In this document: positions 37,395-48,059 of the stretch, piece by piece | How positions within the stretch are numbered: the stretch's first letter is position 1 | Layout of the letters: every line of letters begins with the position of its first letter | DNA from: Clostridia bacterium | GTDB lineage: Bacteria > Bacillota > Clostridia > HGM11514 | Length of the DNA: 64,000 nucleotides | NCBI GenBank assembly: GCA_045586685.1 | Contig: JAZNAU010000038.1 | Coordinates: 15,904-79,903 of the forward strand | Direction of reading: 5' to 3' | Notes under the pieces: generated by a model | What the model was told of the DNA's origin: nothing | Seen by the model: only the letters and a program-made list of their open reading frames with translations | Databases searched by the model: none | Program-made: the position numbers and the translations under genes

Positions 37395-39149
37395 ATGACT
37401 AACAATAAAGCTGTTCTGGCATGGCTGGAAGAAATGAAAGCGATGACCAATCCGGATCAGGTAATCTGGTATACCGGCTCTGCTGAACAAAAAGCAGAAT
37501 TGACAAAGCAGGCTGTGGCAGAAGGAACTTTGATTGAACTCAATCAGGAAAAATTGCCCGGTTGCTATCTGCACAGAACAAAGGAAAATGACGTAGCCCG
37601 CGTGGAAGACCGCACCTTCATCTGCACTACCAACAAAGAAGATGCAGGCCCCATCAACAACTGGATGGCTCCCGCTGATGCATACAAAATGCTGGGTGAT
37701 TTGTATAAGGATTCCATGAAAGGCAAAACCATGTATGTAGTTCCCTTCATCATGGGTGTTCCCGGTTCCCCCTTTGCAAAGGTGGGTATCGAATTAACCG
37801 ACAGTATCTATGTTGTACTGAATATGGATATCATGACCCGTGCAGGGAATGTTGCTCTGGATGAACTGGGTGACAGTGATGATTTCACAAAGTGTCTCCA
37901 TGCAAGCAAGGATATTAACGCTGATGAAAGATATATCGTTCACTTCCCTGAAGACAACACCATTTGGAGCATCAACTCCAACTATGGCGGTAACGTTTTG
38001 TTGGGCAAAAAATGTCTGGCTCTGAGAATTGCAAGCTATCTGGGTAAACAGGAAGGCTGGATGGCAGAACATATGCTCATCTTAGGTCTGGAAAATCCGA
38101 AAGGTGAAAAGCACTATATTGCTGCTGCATTCCCCAGTGCTTGCGGTAAGACCAATCTGGCAATGCTGATTCCTCCCCTGTCCGGTTACAAAGTAACCAC
38201 AGTTGGTGACGATATTGCATGGTTAAGAGTTGGTGAAGACGGAAGATTGTGGGCTGTGAATCCCGAAGCAGGTTTCTTCGGTGTTGCTCCCGGAACCTCC
38301 TCTAAAACAAACAAAAATGCTCTGGAAACAACCATGAGCAATACTATTTTCACAAATGTTGCCTTGAAGCCTGATGGTACTGTTTGGTGGGAAGGCATGG
38401 ACGGCGATGTCCCCGAAGAATGCATTGACTGGAAGGGAAACCCCTGGACAAAAGAAATGGGCGAGCAAGGCATCAAGGCTGCTCATCCCAACTCCAGATT
38501 TACTGCTCCTGCGGCTCAATGCCCCTGCATTTCTCCTGAATTCAGCAGTCCTGCAGGTGTACCGATTTCTGCTATTGTATTTGGCGGAAGACGTGCAAAG
38601 ACCGCTCCTTTGGTATATCAGTCCTTTAACTGGCAACATGGTGTATTTGTTGGTGCTACCATGGCTTCTGAAACCACTGCAGCTGCCGCTGGTGCTGTAG
38701 GTGTTATCAGACGCGACCCCATGGCAATGCGTCCTTTCACCGGTTACCACATGGGTGACTATTTCAAACATTGGCTGGAAATGGGCAAAAAGATTCCCAA
38801 TGCTCCTAAGATTTTCCACGTTAACTGGTTTAAGCAAAATGATCAGGGTAAGTTTATCTGGCCCGGATTTGGTGATAACTTACGTGTACTGAACTGGATT
38901 TTGGACCGTTGCGATGGTAAGGTTGATGCAACCGAAACTGCTATCGGTTATTTGCCCAAAGCAGAGGATCTGGATATTTCCGGTCTGAATCTGTCTGATG
39001 AAGTAATGGCAGAATTACTGTCCGTTGACAAAAACGCATGGTTGGAAGATGTTGCAAACCAGAAAGAATTCTTTGCACCTTTGGGTGACAGAATGCCCGC
39101 TGAACTGTTGGAAGAACAGGCCGCTCTGGAAGCAAGACTGTCCAAATAA
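37395..39149 (+). CDS. pckG: Phosphoenolpyruvate carboxykinase (GTP)
   Basis: 584 aa with AFPSACGKTN (kinase-1a), DDIAWL, NSRFTAP and FHVNWF motifs of GTP-dependent PEPCK. Confidence 0.93.
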   Translation: MTNNKAVLAWLEEMKAMTNPDQVIWYTGSAEQKAELTKQAVAEGTLIELNQEKLPGCYLHRTKENDVARVEDRTFICTTNKEDAGPINNWMAPADAYKMLGDLYKDSMKGKTMYVVPFIMGVPGSPFAKVGIELTDSIYVVLNMDIMTRAGNVALDELGDSDDFTKCLHASKDINADERYIVHFPEDNTIWSINSNYGGNVLLGKKCLALRIASYLGKQEGWMAEHMLILGLENPKGEKHYIAAAFPSACGKTNLAMLIPPLSGYKVTTVGDDIAWLRVGEDGRLWAVNPEAGFFGVAPGTSSKTNKNALETTMSNTIFTNVALKPDGTVWWEGMDGDVPEECIDWKGNPWTKEMGEQGIKAAHPNSRFTAPAAQCPCISPEFSSPAGVPISAIVFGGRRAKTAPLVYQSFNWQHGVFVGATMASETTAAAAGAVGVIRRDPMAMRPFTGYHMGDYFKHWLEMGKKIPNAPKIFHVNWFKQNDQGKFIWPGFGDNLRVLNWILDRCDGKVDATETAIGYLPKAEDLDISGLNLSDEVMAELLSVDKNAWLEDVANQKEFFAPLGDRMPAELLEEQAALEARLSK

Positions 39150-39165
39150 GTATAAAATCTCTTTA

Positions 39166-39197
39166 AAGGCAATCACACAGTAGTGATTGCCTTTTTT
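39166..39197 (+). terminator. Terminator of the PEPCK gene
   Basis: GGCAATCAC / GTGATTGCC stem followed by T6. Confidence 0.85.
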
Positions 39198-39218
39198 ATG
39201 TATTTCAAACAAATTTAT

Positions 39219-39247
39219 TTGACAGTTTTTTTGTTTTATGGTATAAT
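39219..39247 (+). promoter_or_regulatory. Promoter of the GH26-like/AKR operon
   Basis: TTGACA-17 nt-TATAAT with a TGG extended -10. Confidence 0.75.
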
Positions 39248-39279
39248 AATTTTATGTTATGGGAAAGGATTTTGTCAGT

Positions 39280-40944
39280 ATGAAACGCAGAAAAATTTTT
39301 CTTTATGTATTTGGAATTTTAATGATTGCTATGGTAGCACTTGCCGGAAGCAAGGGCTTTTTTTCTGATCCCGCCTATTTTATGGAAAGGCTGACTCATA
39401 AAGTACAACAAAAATATTATGCCTTGACAAAATCGGAGCCCGAAATTCAGGAGGAAATTATCACCACGGCTGACCACCATAAGGTATTGGTGGATCATCC
39501 AAAGGGCTACAGTGTTGCCTTCCCTGAAAACATGAGCTTTGACCGCTCTATTGCCCCTGAACAAATTAAGGCATATAATGATTCCGTAACTGTTGTTGTC
39601 ACTCGGGAATGGGCACCTTATGAAGATGTATTTTTCTTTATAGACCATTATCTGAACAATTATTACTTAAACGAAACCTTTATTGCCCAAAACAACATTT
39701 CCATTGAACGGAACGAAACCTTTCAAATGGAAAACGGTGCCAGAGCACAACTTATTTCCCTTACCCGCACCCCTTCGGAAGGCTCAAAAGTTACCCAAAA
39801 CGCATATACCTACTTTTTTGTTGAATCCATAACGGGAAAACAAGCATTTTTCCGTATGATGTTTAAAGGAAAAAGTCACGAGGAACTGAACCCAATCGTT
39901 GAAGAAGCCGTTTCTTCCTTTGAGGAAATTTCCATAAAGGGTGGAAATGTATTTCATGCTGATTTTGCTCCCGTCATTCCTGAAAGCTGGAATAAAGAAA
40001 CCACTGAGCTTTATAAAAATATCAAAACCTCAAAAGATATGAAATGGGGTTTATTTGTGGACGGCTCTTATACTGATGATAAAAAATATCAATGGTTTGA
40101 TGATTTGGAAAAGAAGGTTGACTATACCTTTGATTTCAGCCTTCACTATGTAAACTTAAATCATGGTTTTCCTGTGGAAGAATTACAAAAAATGTACGAT
40201 AAAGGAAAACTGACCGAGCTTACCCTGCAAATTTCTTATCATGCCAACGACAATTTGTTTGGTAAAAACATCAATCTGGATTTGTATGACGGAATGTATG
40301 ATGAAGAAATCCGTGAATTTGCCCGCGGTGCAAAAGAGTTTGGTCATCCTTTCCTATTCCGCTTAAATAACGAAATGAACAGTGATTGGGTGAATTACTC
40401 CGGCGTTGCCGCCCTTTCCGATCCGGATATTTTTATTGACAACTGGCAGAGAATTTACCGGATTTTTGAAGAAGAAGGGGTTGACAATGCCATCTGGATT
40501 TTTAATCCTAATGCAGAGGATTGCCCTCCCTGTCATTGGAACTCGTACATTTCTTATTATCCAGGAAATGAATATGTTCACATGATTGGTCTGACAGGAT
40601 ATAATACGGGCACTTATTATGCCGAATTGTATCATGAAAAATGGCGTACTTTTGATGAAATCTATCGGGAGCCTTATGACAAATATATGAATGTATTTTC
40701 TGAATTCCCCTTTATTATTACCGAATTCGCCTCAAGCTCAAAAGGCGGTGACAAAGCAGAATGGATTACACAGATGTTTTCCTCTATGAAAGAGTATCCC
40801 AATATTAAAATGGCTCTTTGGTGGTCCAGTGCCGACTACGATATGAGGGAGGAGTTTTATAAAACCTTAGCCCGACCCTACTGGTTGGACGAGACGGAAG
40901 AAACCACAAATGCATTCCGCGAAGGAGTCAAGGAATATAAATAA
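39280..40944 (+). CDS. Membrane-anchored GH26-like glycoside hydrolase with an uncharacterised N-terminal domain
   Basis: N-terminal TM helix (IFLYVFGILMIAMVALAG). C-terminal FLFRLNNEMNSDW (acid/base Glu) and IITEFASS (nucleophile Glu) resemble GH26. The start at 39280 is chosen because the predicted TSS (~39254) leaves no room for an RBS before 39259. Confidence 0.65.
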   Translation: MKRRKIFLYVFGILMIAMVALAGSKGFFSDPAYFMERLTHKVQQKYYALTKSEPEIQEEIITTADHHKVLVDHPKGYSVAFPENMSFDRSIAPEQIKAYNDSVTVVVTREWAPYEDVFFFIDHYLNNYYLNETFIAQNNISIERNETFQMENGARAQLISLTRTPSEGSKVTQNAYTYFFVESITGKQAFFRMMFKGKSHEELNPIVEEAVSSFEEISIKGGNVFHADFAPVIPESWNKETTELYKNIKTSKDMKWGLFVDGSYTDDKKYQWFDDLEKKVDYTFDFSLHYVNLNHGFPVEELQKMYDKGKLTELTLQISYHANDNLFGKNINLDLYDGMYDEEIREFARGAKEFGHPFLFRLNNEMNSDWVNYSGVAALSDPDIFIDNWQRIYRIFEEEGVDNAIWIFNPNAEDCPPCHWNSYISYYPGNEYVHMIGLTGYNTGTYYAELYHEKWRTFDEIYREPYDKYMNVFSEFPFIITEFASSSKGGDKAEWITQMFSSMKEYPNIKMALWWSSADYDMREEFYKTLARPYWLDETEETTNAFREGVKEYK

Positions 40945-40965
40945 ACCACAAATGGAGGGAATTCT

Positions 40966-42075
40966 ATGTTTGGTCCAAAGAACAGACAATTGGGATTTGG
41001 TTTTATGCGTCTTCCCATGAACGATAATGATGTAGATTATGCCCTGACATGTCGCATGGTGGATTATTTTATAGAAAACGGTTTTTGCTATTTTGATACT
41101 GCAAAGGGGTATCTTGACGGAAAAAGCGAAATTGCGATTCAAAAATGCCTGACCTCTCGTTATCCGAGAGAACGCTATCTTCTGGCGAACAAGCTTTCCA
41201 CCAATTTTTTTGAATCAAAGGAAGAAATCCGTCCCCTCTTTGAAGAACAGCTAAAAGCCTGCGGTGTGGATTATTTTGATTTTTATCTGATGCATTGTCA
41301 AAATAAAATGTTATATGAAAAGTATAAAAAATGCGAAGCATACGAAACAGCATTGGAATTGAAAAAAGAGGGAAAATTTAAGCATTTTGGCATTTCCTTT
41401 CACGATACACCTGAAATGCTGGAGCAAATTTTAATGGAGTATCCTCAAATTGAGGTAGTGCAGATTCAGTTTAATTATGCCGATTATGAAAGTCCGTTGA
41501 TTCAATCAAGAAGATGCTACGAGGTATGCCGTAAATTTAATAAACCGGTTATTGTTATGGAACCGGTCAAGGGCGGCAGTCTTGTCAATCTCCCCCATCA
41601 GGCAAAAAAAGTTCTGGAGGAGCTTCAGAGCGGCAGTGTGGCAAGTTTTGCTATTCGATTTGCAGCGGGCTTTGAAGAAGTGAAAATGGTACTCTCAGGT
41701 ATGGGCAGTATGGAAATAATGACGGATAATGTAAAATCAATAATGAATTTTTCTCCTTTGGACAAAAAAGAACAAGAAACAATCAAACAGGTATGCTCCA
41801 TTCTTGATTCTGAGAATTTGATTGCTTGTACCTCCTGCCGTTACTGCACAGAGGGCTGTCCGAAAAATATTCTGATTTCTGATTTATTTGCATGTATGAA
41901 TAACAAATCCATATGGAAAAATTGGAGTGGAAGGTATTTTTACAACATTTATACCAAAAACAACGGAAAGGCAAAGGATTGTATTGGTTGCGGAAAATGC
42001 GAACAGAGTTGTCCTCAACAGCTACCCATCCGCACACTGTTAAAAGACGTATCAAAGGAATTTGATCAATCATAA
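40966..42075 (+). CDS. Aldo/keto reductase fused to a C-terminal 2x[4Fe-4S] ferredoxin-like domain
   Basis: AKR core (FDTAKGYLDGKSE, HFGISFHD) plus CTSCRYCTEGCP and CIGCGKCEQSCP. Confidence 0.82.
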   Translation: MFGPKNRQLGFGFMRLPMNDNDVDYALTCRMVDYFIENGFCYFDTAKGYLDGKSEIAIQKCLTSRYPRERYLLANKLSTNFFESKEEIRPLFEEQLKACGVDYFDFYLMHCQNKMLYEKYKKCEAYETALELKKEGKFKHFGISFHDTPEMLEQILMEYPQIEVVQIQFNYADYESPLIQSRRCYEVCRKFNKPVIVMEPVKGGSLVNLPHQAKKVLEELQSGSVASFAIRFAAGFEEVKMVLSGMGSMEIMTDNVKSIMNFSPLDKKEQETIKQVCSILDSENLIACTSCRYCTEGCPKNILISDLFACMNNKSIWKNWSGRYFYNIYTKNNGKAKDCIGCGKCEQSCPQQLPIRTLLKDVSKEFDQS

Positions 42076-42081
42076 AAATGG

Positions 42082-42120
42082 AAAGGGTTTGTAGTAAAAT
42101 TTTGCTGCAAACCCTTTTTT
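42082..42120. terminator. Bidirectional terminator between the AKR gene and the AGCS symporter gene
   Basis: AAAGGGTTTGTAG...CTGCAAACCCTTTTTT. Confidence 0.8.
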
Positions 42121-42123
42121 ATT

Positions 42124-43455
42124 TTATCGAGATGGGCGATCAAAAAAATCTTTTGTCAGCTCTTTTACTCTATTACTTAGGAAAAACAAGGCAATCAGGT
42201 TGGGTACTGCCATAAGTCCGTTAAAAAAATCTGCCAGCTCCCAAACGGTTGTCAGCCTCATGACACACCCAAAAAATATTAAAATAATATAAATACCCCG
42301 ATACCAGGCAAGAGCCTCCCCTCCTACCAGATACTCCATACAGGTTTCACCGTAATAATACCATGCGATAACGGTTGCAAAGGCAAACAAGGTAAGAGAA
42401 AAAGGAACCACAAATTTCCCTAAAGGAAATGCGCAAGAAAAAACAGATTGTAATAACAATTCCCCTGATTGCTCCAAATACAACTGCGAACTTAACAAAA
42501 CAAGGGCGGTAACAGTGCACATGACAATGGTATCAAAAAATACTTCAAAAGCACCCCACATCCCCTGTCTGACAGGGTGGTCTGTATTTGCGGTAGAATG
42601 AGCAATGGGAGCACTTCCCAACCCCGCTTCATTGGTAAATATTCCACGGGCAACACCTATACGGATTGCCTTTCCAATTCCTGTTCCCATCAAACCACCC
42701 CCTACAGCCTGTACCGTAAATGCATTACGAAAAATCATGGAAAACGCATTTCCGATTCCCGCTCTTTGCTGAAACAACACGATCCCCGCACTTATCATAT
42801 AAAAAAGTGCCATAAAGGGCACCAGAAATGATGTGACACCGGCAATTCTCTGCATTCCGCCAATCAGCACCAGACCTGCAAGGAGAGCCGCAATCAATCC
42901 CGTCATCCAAAAAGGAATGCCAAACACCTGATAAAGTCCTCCTGCCATGGCATTGGACTGCACCATGTTTCCAACACCAAAGGAACAAAAAACACCAAAT
43001 ACACAAAATAAAAAGCTGAGCTTTTTGCTTCCAAGTCCTTTTTCTATGTAATACATCGGACCTCCCTTCCATTCCCCACTTTTATTTTTTTCACGATATG
43101 CAACAGCCAATGTAACCTCCGAAAATTTAGTCATCATCCCAATCAGGGCAGAAACCCACATCCAAAAGATCGCTCCTGCTCCCCCTTGCATCAAGGCAAC
43201 CGAAACACCTACAATATTTCCCGTTCCCACCGTTGCCGCCAGAGCCGTTGACAATGCCTGAAAAGAAGAAATCTCTCCCTTTGTCCCCTTCGAGGGCCTG
43301 AACAAGGAGAAAAGAGTGGAAGAAAGCACCGTTTTCCATTTGCGAAATAATATTCCTTTGGTATTTCCAATTAAATATATCCCACATCCTGACATGAGAA
43401 TCATCATAGGAATTCCCCATAATATGGTTTCGTTCCACCATTGTAATAGTTTCAT
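42124..43455 (-). CDS. Alanine/glycine:cation symporter (AGCS family)
   Basis: 443 aa polytopic protein with SSFQALSTALAATVGTGNIVGV and NEAGLGSAPIAHS signatures. Confidence 0.88.
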   Translation of the reverse strand: MKLLQWWNETILWGIPMMILMSGCGIYLIGNTKGILFRKWKTVLSSTLFSLFRPSKGTKGEISSFQALSTALAATVGTGNIVGVSVALMQGGAGAIFWMWVSALIGMMTKFSEVTLAVAYREKNKSGEWKGGPMYYIEKGLGSKKLSFLFCVFGVFCSFGVGNMVQSNAMAGGLYQVFGIPFWMTGLIAALLAGLVLIGGMQRIAGVTSFLVPFMALFYMISAGIVLFQQRAGIGNAFSMIFRNAFTVQAVGGGLMGTGIGKAIRIGVARGIFTNEAGLGSAPIAHSTANTDHPVRQGMWGAFEVFFDTIVMCTVTALVLLSSQLYLEQSGELLLQSVFSCAFPLGKFVVPFSLTLFAFATVIAWYYYGETCMEYLVGGEALAWYRGIYIILIFFGCVMRLTTVWELADFFNGLMAVPNLIALFFLSNRVKELTKDFFDRPSR

Positions 43456-43504
43456 TTTATTTCACCCCTCTCCTCTTACAGTATGAAAAAAAGGAGAAGT
43501 TTAT

Positions 43505-43535
43505 GAAAAAAAGCCAATGTCAACACGACATCGGC
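43505..43535 (-). terminator. Terminator of the his cluster
   Basis: GCCGATGTC / GACATTGGC stem followed by T7 on the minus strand. Confidence 0.8.
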
Positions 43536-43543
43536 TTTTCGTA

Positions 43544-44164
43544 TTATCTTCTGTCTTTTAGTTCTTTAAATACATCCTCGTAAGAAACTCCCTGTTGTGC
43601 AAGAAGTACAGTCAGGTGATACAACAAATCTGCAGTTTCAGCAGCAATCTCGGCTTTATCGTTATTTTTTGCCGCTAAAATGGTTTCTACACACTCTTCC
43701 CCAACTTTTTTGGCAATCTTATCAATTCCCGCATCCAATAAATAATTGGTATAAGAACCGGGTTGAGGGTTTTGTTGTCTGTCTTGCACCACGTCATAGA
43801 GTTCTGTAAGCATATTGGCAGTTTCCACACCTGTTTCGTTCCAATTTCCTTCTTCATACTTTCGATAAAAACAGGATTTATTTCCGGTGTGGCAAGCAGC
43901 TCCCGTCTGTTCCACACGAATTAGCAAACAATCACCGTCACAATCAAGTCTTACAGACACCACCTTTTGAATATTTCCGGAGGTATCTCCCTTTCTCCAT
44001 CGTTCCTGACGGCTTCTGCTATAAAACACCGTTCTGCCCGTTTCTATGGTTTCTTGTAGGGTTTCTTCATTCATGTAGGCTACCATTAACACCTGATCGG
44101 TATCATCATCCTGAATGACTGCGGGAATCAATCCGTTCTGATCATAATTTATCATATTCCTCAT
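43544..44164 (-). CDS. hisI: Bifunctional phosphoribosyl-AMP cyclohydrolase / phosphoribosyl-ATP pyrophosphatase
   Basis: [23 protein letters not shown] and C-x-TG..SCF (HisI), plus a HisE tail (EAADLLYHL). ATGA overlap with the hisA stop. Confidence 0.9.
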   Translation of the reverse strand: MRNMINYDQNGLIPAVIQDDDTDQVLMVAYMNEETLQETIETGRTVFYSRSRQERWRKGDTSGNIQKVVSVRLDCDGDCLLIRVEQTGAACHTGNKSCFYRKYEEGNWNETGVETANMLTELYDVVQDRQQNPQPGSYTNYLLDAGIDKIAKKVGEECVETILAAKNNDKAEIAAETADLLYHLTVLLAQQGVSYEDVFKELKDRR

Positions 44165-44880
44165 CCTTTCAATTCCTTTACCGCTTCTGTTAAATTGATG
44201 GTTTTTTGATACAGTGCCTTTCCAATAATAGCACCTGCAGCGCCCGTTTTTTGAATTTCGGCCAAGTCCTCTATTCTTGCAACACCGCCTGAGGCAATCA
44301 CACCAACCTTTGGGACTGCTTGGACCATGGCGGCAAGCCCTTTTACATTGGGACCGCACATCATACCATCTGTATCAATATCGGTGTAAATAATATGTTT
44401 TACACCAATTTGTTCCATTTCTTTTGCAAATGTAACCGCATCCGTATCACTTACCTCAAGCCAACCGGAAACGGCAACCAAACCGTCTTTCGCATCAATT
44501 CCAACGGCAATTTTTTCCCCGTATTTTTCCACCGCTTGACAAACAAAATCAGGATTTTTCAAAGCGGCAGTGCCTAAAATGGCACGGGCAACCCCCATGG
44601 AAAAATACCGTTCCAACTGCTCCATAGATCGAATCCCTCCGCCTAATTCCACAGGAATATCCAAGGCATTCACAATATTTTCAATCACAGTAGCATTTTT
44701 TGAAACACCGTCTTTTGCACCGTCCAAATCAACCAGATGCAGAAACTCTCCCCCCATGTTTTGCCACATAAGTGCTGTTTCCACAGGGTTTTCAAAATAG
44801 ACCGTCTTTTGGTCAAAATCTCCTTTTTTCAGTCGCACACAACATCCGTCTTTTAAATCTATTGCAGGATACAGTATCAT
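44161..44880 (-). CDS. hisA: ProFAR isomerase (1-(5-phosphoribosyl)-5-[(5-phosphoribosylamino)methylideneamino]imidazole-4-carboxamide isomerase)
   Basis: [35 protein letters not shown]. Confidence 0.9.
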   Translation of the reverse strand: MILYPAIDLKDGCCVRLKKGDFDQKTVYFENPVETALMWQNMGGEFLHLVDLDGAKDGVSKNATVIENIVNALDIPVELGGGIRSMEQLERYFSMGVARAILGTAALKNPDFVCQAVEKYGEKIAVGIDAKDGLVAVSGWLEVSDTDAVTFAKEMEQIGVKHIIYTDIDTDGMMCGPNVKGLAAMVQAVPKVGVIASGGVARIEDLAEIQKTGAAGAIIGKALYQKTINLTEAVKELKG

Positions 44881-45512
44881 TCAATCAGTCCTTTCAGCTT
44901 GTTCACAACCTCTAAAATCCGTTCTCGTTCCAGTTTGGCACTGACTCGGTTCACCACCAGCCTTGCAGATAATTCGCAAATGGTTTCCAGCACCTCAAGA
45001 CCGTTTTCTTTTAAGGTAGCTCCACTTTCTACAATGTCCACAATGACCTCGCTGAGTCCTACCAAGGGCGCCAACTCTACCGAACCGTTCAATTTAATCA
45101 CTTCAATGGTCTGTCCCTTTTTTATTTGAAAATAATTTTTTGCAATATGAGGATATTTGCTTGCTACACGAAGGTTATGAGAGGAATGTAAGGAATCTGC
45201 CATACTGGGCGGTCCTGCTACAGCCATACGGCAAGCTCCAAATTTCAAATCCAGCATTTCATATAAATTTCTGCCTTCCTCAAGCAAGGTATCCTTTCCC
45301 ACAATTCCCATATCTGCTGCACCATATTCTACATAAACAGGAACATCTGATGCTTTTACCAGAATAAATTTGAATTTATGGGTTTCATCCGTAAAAATCA
45401 GCTTTCTGGTTTTGGTTTTCATTTCAGCGCACTCAAATCCCAACTGTTCAAAAAGGCTGATGGCAAAATCCGCAAGTCGCCCCTTTGCCAATGCTACAGT
45501 AATATATTTCAT
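44877..45512 (-). CDS. hisG: ATP phosphoribosyltransferase, short form
   Basis: 211 aa with [15 protein letters not shown] and VATKYP-like [12 protein letters not shown] overlaps occur at both ends. Confidence 0.9.
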   Translation of the reverse strand: MKYITVALAKGRLADFAISLFEQLGFECAEMKTKTRKLIFTDETHKFKFILVKASDVPVYVEYGAADMGIVGKDTLLEEGRNLYEMLDLKFGACRMAVAGPPSMADSLHSSHNLRVASKYPHIAKNYFQIKKGQTIEVIKLNGSVELAPLVGLSEVIVDIVESGATLKENGLEVLETICELSARLVVNRVSAKLERERILEVVNKLKGLIE

Positions 45513-46732
45513 GCAAGCACGCCTCCTTCCATAAGCTGTTCATTTCCTGATACCATGTCACATTTTGTAATTCCCTTTTCATCACAACGATAAAGGGCTG
45601 GAATTCCTTTTTCTCTTGCGTAATTAACAGGGTCTTCTTCCCCCAAATAGTATTCTGTCCGAATACCGGAGGCTCTTAGCTGTTCAGCAAGACAGCGTGC
45701 TGTTTTACTATCTCTTCCGAACACAAGAGCACCAACGCTTTCTAACTCGCTTACAACACCTTGTCGATACAGAGCATCAGCAAGCAAGTCTAGATAAAGT
45801 GCTGCTCCCGTTGCGGGGCTGTCTTTTCCAAACCGACTCATCAATCCATCATACCGTCCCCCCGCACAAACCTCAAAACCAACGCCACGTGCAAAACCCT
45901 TAAAAATAATTCCTGTATAATAATCCAAACTTTGCACCATTGCCAAATCAAGAGAAACATAGTCGGATAAACCATATTCTTCCAATATGGTATATACTTC
46001 CCGCAAGTTTTTAATTGCTGCCTCTGCCCGTTTTCCGGTAGTCAGCTTTTCTGCCTGTTCCAACACTTCTGCACCGCCAAACAAAGAAGGCATCTGCAAA
46101 ATCAGCTCTGCCTGTTCAGTAGGAACATTACAGTGATTTAATAATTCCTGTACCCCAAAAATATTTTTTTGGTCAATAAATACTCTGATTTGCTCCGTAA
46201 TCTCTGGCTCAAGTCCGGTCTGCTCCATCAGTTCCTTAAATATTTCCACCTGACCGATTTCAATCTGAAACTCCTTCAATCCGCATGCAAGCATACTGCG
46301 GATTGAGGCGGCAATGACCTCGGCATCTGCCTCGGCACCTTTTAAACCAATCAACTCAATTCCCGCTTGAGAGGTTTCACAGGGGCGAATTCCGCCTTGA
46401 TAATTACGAAACACTTTACCCGCATAACACAGCTTTTGAATGTCACCGTTCAATTTGGTGGCAGTCAGTCGTGCAAGGGGTGTGGTCAAGTCGGGGCGAA
46501 GAACCAGAATTCTTCCTTCCCGATCAAAAAACTTAATCATCTTTTCCTGAGTCAGTAATCCCTGACCCCCTTCAAACACATCGTAATATTCAATTTCCGG
46601 AGTCGTTACCTCCGTATATCCATATCCGGAAAACACTTGCATCACATCATTTCGCACCTTACGAATCCGATAGGCTTCCCTTTGAAGCAGATCCGAGGTT
46701 CCCTCCGGAGTATGCAGTCTTCTGCTCAGCAT
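45509..46732 (-). CDS. hisZ: ATP phosphoribosyltransferase regulatory subunit (HisRS paralogue)
   Basis: Class II aaRS-like core without an anticodon-binding function. It is paired with a short-form hisG. Confidence 0.85.
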   Translation of the reverse strand: MLSRRLHTPEGTSDLLQREAYRIRKVRNDVMQVFSGYGYTEVTTPEIEYYDVFEGGQGLLTQEKMIKFFDREGRILVLRPDLTTPLARLTATKLNGDIQKLCYAGKVFRNYQGGIRPCETSQAGIELIGLKGAEADAEVIAASIRSMLACGLKEFQIEIGQVEIFKELMEQTGLEPEITEQIRVFIDQKNIFGVQELLNHCNVPTEQAELILQMPSLFGGAEVLEQAEKLTTGKRAEAAIKNLREVYTILEEYGLSDYVSLDLAMVQSLDYYTGIIFKGFARGVGFEVCAGGRYDGLMSRFGKDSPATGAALYLDLLADALYRQGVVSELESVGALVFGRDSKTARCLAEQLRASGIRTEYYLGEEDPVNYAREKGIPALYRCDEKGITKCDMVSGNEQLMEGGVLA

Positions 46733-46772
46733 AATATCTCTCCTTACTTTATTGCTTTATCTAACTAAAGTA

Positions 46773-46801
46773 ATTATACTCTATTTTTTTCCCTTTGTCA
46801 A
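46773..46801 (-). promoter_or_regulatory. Promoter of hisZGAI
   Basis: Exact TTGACA-17 nt-TATAAT with a ~45 nt unstructured leader. Confidence 0.75.
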
Positions 46802-46841
46802 GAGTTTTTTTAAGAAAAATGGATTTTTCCCTTGAAAATAA

Positions 46842-46870
46842 TTGCACATAGTTTTTTTTTATGTTATAAT
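46842..46870 (+). promoter_or_regulatory. Promoter of aroC
   Basis: TTGCAC-17 nt-TATAAT with a TGT extended -10. Confidence 0.65.
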
Positions 46871-46904
46871 TAAAAGATAGAAAACAAAAAGGGATGTGAA
46901 CTCC

Positions 46905-48059
46905 ATGAGATATTTAACCACAGGAGAATCTCACGGCAAGGGGCTGACTGCAGTCATCGATGGTCTTCCCTCTCAGATGCCTGTAAATCTTGAGGAAATC
47001 AATCATTATATGGCATTACGGCAGACAGGCTACGGACGTGGAGACAGAATGAAGATTGAAACCGATCGAGTTGAATTTTTGTCGGGTGTCAGAGGCGGTT
47101 TTACCACCGGCGGACCTGTTACTATGTGGATTCAAAATAAGGATTACGAAAATTGGGAATGCTATACCAATCCGGTAGAAATAAAAGCGGGCCGTGAAGT
47201 CACCAAGCCACGCCCCGGTCATGCCGATTTGTACGGTGCGCTAAAGTATGGTCATTCGGATATCCGTAATGTGCTGGAACGTGCCAGTGCAAGAGAAACA
47301 GCCGCACGGGTTGCTGTGGGTGCATTTTGTATGCAATTTTTAAAAGGCTTGGGCATTACTTCTTTTTCCCATGTAACCGCATTGGGAGGTATTTGTTCCA
47401 AAACGGAGTACACTTCTTATGATTTTGCAAATAAGGTTGAAAATTCCCCTGTCCGCTGCGGAGACAAAACCGCATCCAAAAAAATGATGGAAATGATTGA
47501 TAAAGCAAAAGAGGCTGGAGATTCTTTAGGGGGTGTAGTACAGATTGTCATTCGTAACCTTTGCCCCGGCATCGGCAGTTACGTACAATGGGACGAAAAA
47601 TTAGATGCAAAGCTTTCTTATGCGTTAATGAGCATTCAGTCAGTAAAGGGAGTTTCCTTTGGTATGGGATTTGATGCAGCATCACTCCCCGGCTCTTTGG
47701 TGCATGATGAAATTTTCTATCATAAACAAGAAGGCTTTACCAAAGAAACCAATCGTGCCGGAGGAATTGAAGGGGGTATGAGCAACGGTCAGGATATTGT
47801 CATTCAGGTTGCATTAAAGCCCATCCCCACTCTGTATCAGCCTTTAAAAACCGCTGACCTTCTAACAGGAGAACCCTTGACAGCCGCAGTGGAACGAAGC
47901 GACACCTGTGCTGTTCCGGCTGGTTCTATTGTTGCAGAATGTGTAGCTGCTTCTGCCTTGGCAGAAGTTCTTTGCACACAATTCGGTACAGGTTGTTTTG
48001 AAGATTTTAAAGACAGATATCAAAAATTTTCAATACGCACAAAAGGAATCATTGAATAA
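46905..48059 (+). CDS. aroC: Chorismate synthase
   Basis: MRYLTTGESHGK, RPGHAD, SARETAARVA and GGIEGGMSNG motifs. The ATG at 46905 is preferred over the GTG at 46896 on RBS spacing. Confidence 0.93.
   Translation: MRYLTTGESHGKGLTAVIDGLPSQMPVNLEEINHYMALRQTGYGRGDRMKIETDRVEFLSGVRGGFTTGGPVTMWIQNKDYENWECYTNPVEIKAGREVTKPRPGHADLYGALKYGHSDIRNVLERASARETAARVAVGAFCMQFLKGLGITSFSHVTALGGICSKTEYTSYDFANKVENSPVRCGDKTASKKMMEMIDKAKEAGDSLGGVVQIVIRNLCPGIGSYVQWDEKLDAKLSYALMSIQSVKGVSFGMGFDAASLPGSLVHDEIFYHKQEGFTKETNRAGGIEGGMSNGQDIVIQVALKPIPTLYQPLKTADLLTGEPLTAAVERSDTCAVPAGSIVAECVAASALAEVLCTQFGTGCFEDFKDRYQKFSIRTKGIIE

Noticed and set aside
38223-38837. 204-aa ORF antisense to the PEPCK gene (plus several 60-110 aa shadow ORFs nearby).
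   Set aside because: PEPCK motifs on the plus strand are unambiguous, and the antisense translation has no recognisable features or translation signals.
43456-43543. Glycine riboswitch upstream of the alanine/glycine symporter, and a 26-codon plus-strand ORF (ATG 43503) with an AGGAG RBS.
   Set aside because: The 88-nt spacer is mostly occupied by the his terminator, which is too short for a glycine aptamer. The mini-ORF overlaps that terminator and the antisense 3' end of hisIE, and has no promoter.
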